A stretch of 64,000 bases of DNA from Oopsacas minuta (lineage: Eukaryota; Animalia; Porifera), in the NCBI GenBank assembly GCA_024704765.1, contig JAKMXF010000003.1:62001-126000 (forward strand), read 5' to 3'. Of the stretch, positions 56,595-64,000 are shown piece after piece (the stretch's first letter is position 1; every line of letters starts with the position of its first letter). Below the pieces are notes generated by a model. That model was given only the letters and a program-made list of their open reading frames with translations, ran no database searches and had not been told where the DNA came from. A program made the position numbers and the translations under genes.

Positions 56595-57241
56595 GAAATG
56601 ATTTATTCGTTTCTAATGAATTTTGTATATCACAAATATTTACATATATTGTTATCTAAGTTGAGTTGTATTTATTGAATTTTTGTGTACATATTTGGAG
56701 TTTAATAAATAAAATAATATTGGAGCTTACTGTCTCTTGGAGAAGAAATATATATGTGTATAAATCGATATACACTAGACTGTATTCTGGTAAACCTCCC
56801 TCGTTTCTGGAGGTTCATTTGTATGTGACTAGAAATTCATTCTATATACTTTTTGACTCCGTTTCCAGAAGTGAGATTGTTTGTATATGAACAGTTGTGT
56901 ACTTTAGTATATCACAGGGAAAATATCGTAAAATTTGAAGAACTTAGGTAATTTCCAGTTTTTCTTTGCTTTTCTGGTATAAATAGAATATTAATTATTT
57001 GATTATTACTAATTAAGTTAGAGGTGAAGATTATAAAGTCATCCAGACATGGTGAGTTGAATTCATAATATTTGTAATAATTATTTGATATACAAATAGC
57101 GTCCCATTTTGTAATGTTTTATCTTTGACCGAATTAATCATCTCTTCTATTTGTAATTACATTAGGCTCAGCTTAATAGACCCACCGGTTAATCGGGTCA
57201 AAATGGCCTGTCCCCGATGTGACCTTCTTAAGCGGAGTCTA

Positions 57242-57279
<38 letters not shown>

Positions 57280-58335
57280 AATCTTCATTTGTTCTTGTGC
57301 TTTCAAAAACGGAAGCTAAAACCTTAAGTTATGGTTATGTGAGGACTTAATTAATTGCTTGAGATAATCACATTTAATTCTCTTAAACCACATATTACAG
57401 ATCGATTACATATTATGGTAAATTAGTCTATATATATAGAAACAATGGTGGTAGATTACCCCCGAAAACAACCCGGAATATCCTAAAACTTTCTACTCCC
57501 AGTTCTACTTTCAGTATATAGATAGTTATACAAAGCACTTTTTTGTTTTCTTATTCTAAGCTGTTTAATACGCAAGTACGTAAACACCTTCAATCTACGA
57601 TTTTGGTGACGTAACTTCAGTTGGGCTGATTCCTGCAATAGATATTTTGCGTAAAGACAGAAGTTCTCCAATTGGTAATGAGAAACCTCAGCACAGTTGG
57701 TCAAAATTTATAATACTGGGGCCTTATTAACTAAAATTCTTAAGTCAACTGTATTTATGTAATTATATCTCTAATATTTTGAAACATAATAGTGTCGTAT
57801 CTAAACTAAGGTAAAAAAAAAGCCAAAGTCATTTGAGTGACGTCCTGCAAAAATATACGCAGTCTATGCAATTTTATCTATTTATGTATATTATCATCTT
57901 TAGTGATAAGTATAAATAATAATCAGATGTTCATTACTTATGATAATATCTTAACAATCACTCTTATTATGACCACTGAAAAATCGAAAACTCATTCAAA
58001 GAATTTTACTCAGGAGGAGCTAATGTCACTCGTGGATCTCATTCGTATAAGGATTATATTTTCTGCTGTGTGCATATCTTCTCAAAAACCGATTGAAGTC
58101 GGATGGATTGTCATAAATTTTATTAATCAAAAGCAAGAATCAATCAAGTAGAATTACCCAATTCTAAGAATTATTCTTAGAATTTTAGTTAATAAGTCCC
58201 CCCTGATAATTATATGATTTATGCAAGTCTAAACATGTCAAAATCTCACATTTCGAGGTTAACCTACGTTATACGCGTATTATACAACTTAGTTCATAAT
58301 TAACATTTTCTACTTTTGTAGTTATCAATTGTGTC

Positions 58336-59542
58336 ATGGCTGGTTCTACGGATGCAATGGAGGCTGAAGAATACTACAATTCACCTAGCGTATTTCAAAC
58401 TGATAGGCGTGTAAGAGATTATTATGTAAGTTCATAAAATGAATACCAAAAAACCGCGAAAATGAGCTAGTTCAATCAAGCGAAAGGTCAAGAGAAGCCA
58501 TATAAATAGAAATGAACCCATATTGTATTGTTACTAGAAAGTGCTTCGTAATTAAGAGGGGACCATATGTATCAGAACACCTTCAATACATCTTAGTTAT
58601 ATATTACATTGCACATAACGTCAGGAAATTCTTGATTGGGTACCACGAAGGGGGAAATGGTTCAAATATGGTTAAGAACCAACATGTCTCGTTGATAGAA
58701 AAATAACTTTGTTTTACCAATTTTTGCGTAATATATTCTATTATCAGCGCTCCCCACTTGAAATTTGAGCACTACACCCCTGGTCACAATAATATAACTC
58801 GGGTGATACACGGACAACAGCAGGGGGTCCACTGAATGGGTATAGGGGATACACGGGTGAAAAAGGTTGGGAACCTCTGTAACTAATATTATATACCATT
58901 TCTTATTTCTAGAGGGAAGATATGATGCTGAGATTTCGGATAAAGCTCATTAAAATTAATAGACTAATGACCAAGACAAATGCTTACTATCTTCACCAGC
59001 AAATGAAAAGATATTTCCCATTTCTAACCAAGGAAATACAAGAACCGCATTACCTATTCAAGCTACTGATCGATCACGGTTTTATGAGCAGTGAGGATAC
59101 TACAGTTTTAACAAATGCATTTTTCGCGATGAAACGACATGATTTAGTTTCTATTTTGACAGAGGAGCCAGAAATGTCAGTGATACGTAAGCAAAGGTCC
59201 CATTCGTCGGTAAGTCTCAGAGAGGTACACAACGAACCTCTCCGTCCTTTGACCGACCAATTTATATACACTTTTTGTAGAGAAGAAATTGGACCGAATG
59301 ATCTTCTTGGCCTGGGGGTAAATGGCTTCAGAATCCCGTTAGCAGCTATTCAGCGCGCGAAATACGACGCAAATAATATACTTGATGCAACAATTGCAGT
59401 ATTTACCTATTGGAAGCAGCAAGCTCCTCTCTCTGACCTCTCTGACCTACCAACTGATTCTATGCCACCGTATACAATGGAAGGATTAGCCAAGGCATTG
59501 AAAGATGCACAACTTAATTATCCTCTCCGTAAATATTTCTAA
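58336..59542 (+). CDS. DED + death domain adaptor (FADD-like architecture), two exons (58336-58425, 58913-59542)
   Basis: DED-like segment LFKLLIDHGFMSSEDTTVL..AF.AMKRHDL (RxDL motif); death-domain-like C-terminus LLGLG..GF......I..AK.D...ILDA...VF.YWKQ...TMEGLAKALKDA. The phase-0 intron joins in frame. Confidence 0.6.
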
Positions 59543-59847
59543 AATAACTTTAGCATTAGCTGCTGTATTAGATCTATGTAACTGCTTGCTTAATGCCAAT
59601 GAATGAAATATTGTATTTGCTATAAATACATTTGCTATTAAAGGAATTATTTCCAATACAAAATGGACTCTAAGTGCTTGCAAAAACTTACTAAAAGGCG
59701 AACAACACTGTATCACCCCGCAGTGAATTGTCCCCAGAAATATTTCGAGGTTGTTTGTCCCTTTTTAAGTATTTTTCCGGGTCTGTCTGCTCCTTAAACC
59801 GCTCCTAAAATAGCTGTATTAATCTCTATAGATTTTAAACAAACTTC

Positions 59848-61104
59848 ATGTTGTCAAGGAAAATACCTTGGAATGTGATATATCTAGCCATACCGATATC
59901 CCTCAGTTTATTGATAGCATTTATTGACGTCAAGTTCTATAAGTTAACACCTATCCCAAGAGCTACAATGATACGATCTCAATTGTTTTTGATATTCTAT
60001 ATCGCATTTACATTTGGTATTTGGATAAGTTACAAATCTCTCAAATATATTCTCACACAACTTTTCCCAACTTGGATGACGACAGTTCTGCTTGGTATTT
60101 ATTCAATCCTATTTTTGTTGAGTTATATTTCCTTTCCGTTAGGACTTTTATTGGCAAATTACAAATCAGTTTTGATTTGTAAAATTTCGTTCCTATCTCT
60201 CGGGCATTTGGTGATAATTAGCGTATTCTTCACGATCGAAGTGTTCTTTGTTAACAAGTTTTTGAAGTCTCGAAAACTCGCGATTTCTATCTCTATTTAT
60301 ATAATCGCGGTTATTCTAACAATAGACGGAGCTATCCGTGCTTACAGTGAGCCTAGTATTAATCACGTAAACTTGAAGTTAAATAATTTCCCGAAAAGTT
60401 TAAACGGACTAACCTTGGTTCATATTTCTGATATTCATATTGGGCCTATTATTGGTAGAGATGAGGTGAATGAAATGGTGGAGCAGGTCAATGTGTTGCA
60501 ACCGGATGTCATAATTATCAGTGGTGATCTGACTGACTTGTCGGTGGCTCGAGGGGGTATGGCAATGGATCCGCTTGGCAAGTTAAAGTCGAAATACGGG
60601 ACATATTTTGCAACAGGTAATCATGACTACTACATTCTAGATATGAATACTTTGATAGAAAAGTTAAAATCATTAGGAATAATTCCCTTACTTAACGAGA
60701 GAGTTCAAGTACCTGGAAATGAGGAGAACGACTGGTTTTACATAGCTGGGCTAGAGGACATCAGTACACGAGCATTAGGTGATAAAAACCATTTAATTGA
60801 TATCCATCGGGCGCTTGGGGGGCGTGACAAGGACCATGCGACTGTCTTGATCGCTCACCAACCTAACGCGATGCGTGAAGCGGTAGAATGGAAGGTAGAG
60901 TTAATATTAGGTGGTCATACTCATGGAGGACAATTCTTTCCATTGAATATTGTTATCTATTTCTTTAATCCATTCTTTGCTGGATTGTATACACCTGTCC
61001 CCAATACGTATGTGTATGTAAATACAGGTACGTTCTTCTATATGATTCCGTTAAAGCATATCTTTAGGAGAGAAATTTGTGTATTTCATTTGTATCCTGT
61101 TTGA
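59848..61104 (+). CDS. TMPPE: Transmembrane protein with metallophosphoesterase domain
   Basis: About five N-terminal hydrophobic helices, then calcineurin-like motifs SDIH, SGDLTD, TGNHDY, AHQP and GHTHGGQ. Confidence 0.88.
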   Translation: MLSRKIPWNVIYLAIPISLSLLIAFIDVKFYKLTPIPRATMIRSQLFLIFYIAFTFGIWISYKSLKYILTQLFPTWMTTVLLGIYSILFLLSYISFPLGLLLANYKSVLICKISFLSLGHLVIISVFFTIEVFFVNKFLKSRKLAISISIYIIAVILTIDGAIRAYSEPSINHVNLKLNNFPKSLNGLTLVHISDIHIGPIIGRDEVNEMVEQVNVLQPDVIIISGDLTDLSVARGGMAMDPLGKLKSKYGTYFATGNHDYYILDMNTLIEKLKSLGIIPLLNERVQVPGNEENDWFYIAGLEDISTRALGDKNHLIDIHRALGGRDKDHATVLIAHQPNAMREAVEWKVELILGGHTHGGQFFPLNIVIYFFNPFFAGLYTPVPNTYVYVNTGTFFYMIPLKHIFRREICVFHLYPV

Positions 61105-61654
61105 TATGTTTGTAATTGCTATTTTAATGTATTTACAAACTTTTTTTATCGTCAACTAGAAACTCCAGTTATATAGAAATACCCGCTTACAGAGATGGAA
61201 CCAGTCGGGTCTGACCGGCGCCGGTCGACCGGTTGGGTCGGGTACCGGTCGAAGATCTCGACTGGCCGGTCATAATTTCTGAATATGGTAAATCTGAATT
61301 TGATACTGTAATCATATTGACCAAAAACTTCAACTTAGCAGTTCGATTAAACTAGAGCAAAAGAGATTTTCTACTTTCTGCTATATCCACAGAATAGTCA
61401 ACATATTCTCGCTGTGTGCCACTTGTGTCACAAGTGGCAAGGTGTTCTAATACTTTTGGCCAGGCACTGTATAGTCAAAGTTACCAGTCGACCGGTCGGG
61501 TCATAAAAACGGAGGTTCAGTACCTATAATTTTTCCAAAGGGGGGAGACCTCTTCTCGTCCCCTTGACACCTCTAAAGACCCTGACACTTACTCACAAAC
61601 AAATCACCAACCAAATAAATAACAACACAATTATTATTTAAGCAATACACGTAA

Positions 61655-61867
61655 TTATTTCCTCGTATTACTCTCTATAATATATTGTAGACTATTATTC
61701 TTCTTGAATTCTTCGATCTTTCGCTCCATCTCTATCAGCCCTGGGTCCAAATCTAACTGCAAATTGGGCTTAAAATAATTGTGGACAATCGACCCGCCAA
61801 CTAGCCCCCATATTAAACAACCTCCTACGAAAATTGTATATTTAAGGTACGACATTCCAATCGGCAT
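61655..61867 (-). CDS. UQCC6: Complex III assembly microprotein BRAWNIN/UQCC6 (C12orf73, Sloth2)-like
   Basis: MPIGMSYLKY.IF....L..GL.GG..VHNYFKPNL matches the recalled MPAGV...TY...F...L..M.AGA..VH.YY.PDL family pattern. True ATG is at 61867; the ORF-track start at 61969 is TTG. Confidence 0.78.
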   Translation of the reverse strand: MPIGMSYLKYTIFVGGCLIWGLVGGSIVHNYFKPNLQLDLDPGLIEMERKIEEFKKNNSLQYIIESNTRK

Positions 61868-62063
61868 TCTTGGTATCTGGGAAAAGTACGCTGTGTTGGT
61901 AAAGTATTCGATCACGTCTTCGTTTATTTTCTTTCCGTATAACTGTCTCGTAAAACGTCTCTTTCCCAATTCGAGCTTTTAACATAAAAAGTTCAATTAA
62001 CGATCCAATTACTAAGCTGATAGTCCAAGGTTTAAGCAATCCGTATCTTTCCCAGAGATTCAT
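61842..62063 (-). CDS. UQCC5: Complex III assembly microprotein SMIM4/UQCC5 (Sloth1)-like
   Basis: LKPWTISLVIGSLIELFMLKARIGKETFYETVIRK matches the recalled LP.FF.LG..MEW.MIK.RVG.ETFYD...RK family pattern. Confidence 0.82.
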   Translation of the reverse strand: MNLWERYGLLKPWTISLVIGSLIELFMLKARIGKETFYETVIRKENKRRRDRILYQHSVLFPDTKNADWNVVP

Positions 62064-62255
62064 GAGAGTATATAAGCTATTGAGTTATACCCAGCTACTA
62101 TGTAGAGCTATAGGAATCCTAAAATGTTCTAAATAAATATTTTCATATCAAAAAGGATTGAATATATGAAACAAGGGAGAATCTCTTATTGCCTGACCCT
62201 CGTTAGTTGATCCCTAGTTGCAAAATATCACAAAAGGAATGTTCACCAAACTATA

Positions 62256-62380
62256 CAGTGTATGCCGGTCATAAGAACACCCCTAGGAGTATAATACATG
62301 TTCTTATAACAGTAATATATGTGATCCGTTTTCCAGAGGGTAGTGCTTATATTCGGTATTCTTATAACCGACTTCCACGG
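62256..62380. mobile_element. MITE between UQCC5 and DHCR24
   Basis: TA-CAGTGTATGCCGGTCATAAGAAC ... TTCTTATAACCG....CACGG-TA; same family as 37443-37582. It explains the spurious N-terminal extension of the DHCR24 ORF. Confidence 0.6.
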
Positions 62381-62428
62381 TATCAAATTTACTTACAGAC
62401 TATGTATTACAGCCTTTTCGTCTGGAAA

Positions 62429-63979
62429 ATGAAAGAATGGCTAGTCTGCCTTACACCAGTATTCATCGCTATATTTCTATTCCTGTACTTCAAGTTTGAA
62501 TATGTACTAACGCATCACAGAGGATTATTCGTGTGTATCTTCCTATTACCAATATCATTCATATACGAATTATATTTCTGTCTACGAAACCGTGTGGTAA
62601 TCTACCTACACAGTGCTCCAGAAAATCATCTGAAACGTGTACAACAGGTTCAAGATAGTGTCAAGAAATGGGCAGTCGAGGGCCGTGGCCGTAGGATGTG
62701 TACGGCCAGACCTTCCTTCCTAACAGTCAGCATGAAGTATAGTGCTTATAAAGACACACACTGGAAAGTGCCTATTAATTTGCATGATATTTTAGATATC
62801 GATATTCAGCACAAAAAATGTAAAGTAGAACCCTTGGTGACGATGGGGCAGATTTCTGCGTCCTTGAATCCGCTAGGCTGGACACTACCGGTCTTACCAG
62901 AGCTTGATGACCTCACGGTAGGGGGCCTAATCATGGGTGTGGGTATCGAAACTTCCTCTCATATATACGGGCTATTCCAGCATACCTGTATTTCATATGA
63001 CGTCATATTATCTGATGGGAGTTTAATGCATTGTAATGCGGATAGTAACAAGAACATGTTCTATGCGATACCTTGGTCTTATGGTACTCTTGGGTTCTTA
63101 GTTGCTGTCGAGATTATGATTGTGCCGGCTAAACCGTTTGTAGAAATTACATATTTTCCTTACAATGAGGTCTCTAAATTGGTGGAGAAGTTTAAACTTG
63201 AATCGAATAAAAATGAATCCGATTTTGTTGAAGGGGTAATTTTGACAAAATCAGCTGGGGTAGTCATGACTGGCAAATTATGTGACACTCCCAAATCAGA
63301 GAATCTCATTAATCGTATCGGCAGGTTCTGGAAACCTTGGTTTTTCACACACGTTAATACATTCCTTACAAAGGGGATAGCGACAGAATACATACCATTA
63401 CGAGACTATTACCACAGACACACACGGAGTTTATTCTGGGAAATGCAAGACATAATCCCATTCGGAAATAATCCGGTTTTTCGATACACATGTGGATGGA
63501 TGGTTCCCCCTAAAATATCTCTTCTTAAACTGACACAAACCAACACAACTAAACGCTTATACGATGAGAAACACGTTACACAGGATATTCTATTGCCAAT
63601 TGAAACACTCTCTGAGACATTGACTGTGTTTAACGAAGAGTTTAATGTGTATCCTCTCTGGTTATGTCCATTCAAATTACCGAATAATCCAGGTCTTGTA
63701 CACCCTAAGGAGCCGGAAACAGTTATGTATGTGGATGTTGGTGCGTATGGCGTACCCAAAATACAGAATTTTAACGCGAAAAATGCGCTACGAAGTGTGG
63801 AAGCGTTTACGAGGCGGGTAAACGGGTTTCAAATGATGTATGCCGATACAAGAATGACTCGTGAGGAATTCCGTAAAATGTTTGATCACGAATTATACGA
63901 TAGAATGAGGAAAGAGCTTAAATGTGAAAATGCTTTTCCAGAAATTTATGATAAAGTCGGGAAGCATGCTTGGAAATAG
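62429..63979 (+). CDS. DHCR24: Delta(24)-sterol reductase, single exon
   Basis: FLLP.S..Y, MCTARP, LPVLPELDDLTVGGLIMGVGIE.SSH.YGLFQH (FAD-binding), PWSYGTLGFL, RDYYHRHTRS.FWE, AFPEIYDKV. Start at 62429 (alternative 62402). Confidence 0.95.
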   Translation: MKEWLVCLTPVFIAIFLFLYFKFEYVLTHHRGLFVCIFLLPISFIYELYFCLRNRVVIYLHSAPENHLKRVQQVQDSVKKWAVEGRGRRMCTARPSFLTVSMKYSAYKDTHWKVPINLHDILDIDIQHKKCKVEPLVTMGQISASLNPLGWTLPVLPELDDLTVGGLIMGVGIETSSHIYGLFQHTCISYDVILSDGSLMHCNADSNKNMFYAIPWSYGTLGFLVAVEIMIVPAKPFVEITYFPYNEVSKLVEKFKLESNKNESDFVEGVILTKSAGVVMTGKLCDTPKSENLINRIGRFWKPWFFTHVNTFLTKGIATEYIPLRDYYHRHTRSLFWEMQDIIPFGNNPVFRYTCGWMVPPKISLLKLTQTNTTKRLYDEKHVTQDILLPIETLSETLTVFNEEFNVYPLWLCPFKLPNNPGLVHPKEPETVMYVDVGAYGVPKIQNFNAKNALRSVEAFTRRVNGFQMMYADTRMTREEFRKMFDHELYDRMRKELKCENAFPEIYDKVGKHAWK

Positions 63980-64000
63980 GATTTGGAGTTATTTTAGGTT

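Noticed and set aside
61195-61520. GC-rich CCGGTCG-repeat element between TMPPE and UQCC6
   Set aside because: Looks like a degenerate hAT-type MITE, but TIRs and TSD could not be defined, so it is not reported as a feature.
61868-61969. 104-aa version of UQCC6 starting at 61969
   Set aside because: The start is TTG inside UQCC5; family similarity begins at the ATG at 61867. Kept only as a possible frameshift route.
62207-62401. 65-aa N-terminal extension of the DHCR24 ORF
   Set aside because: Non-ATG start and overlap with a MITE; homology to DHCR24 begins at about 62429.
1-64000. Prokaryotic or viral origin, CRISPR arrays, rRNA, tRNA
   Set aside because: Spliceosomal GT-AG introns, animal gene families and Tc1/hAT/MULE elements are present. 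No regularly spaced repeat-spacer array or structural RNA signature was recognised.

Overview
AT-rich, gene-dense eukaryotic (animal) DNA with many intronless genes and short GT-AG introns. This is consistent with a compact non-bilaterian genome such as a hexactinellid sponge (inference). Housekeeping genes flank the window. Left: calpain-5, a stand-alone PRMT3-type zinc finger, RPL35, a USP and a TIGAR-like phosphatase. Right: two CDO paralogs, a PH-F-box-LRR gene, a DED+DD adaptor, TMPPE, an overlapping UQCC5/UQCC6 pair and DHCR24. The centre (7.7-37 kb) holds an array of seven near-identical intronless coiled-coil + NHL beta-propeller genes, with one divergent paralog at 51.7 kb. Their differences cluster in the same loop positions of every blade, are shuffled between copies, and five copies sit behind a promoter with GAS-like and ISRE-like motifs. 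Together this suggests a diversifying intracellular recognition family. Array junctions carry DNA transposon ends (maT, hAT, MULE, Tc1) and captured exon fragments of other genes (DGCR6-like, RPF2-like, TIGAR tail, MAP3K19 tail). A multi-exon ankyrin + MAP3K19-like kinase gene on the minus strand (33.8 to at least 49.1 kb), missed by the ORF track, hosts four antisense genes in its introns. No rRNA, tRNA or CRISPR array was recognised. All family assignments are from motif recognition by eye; no database search was run.
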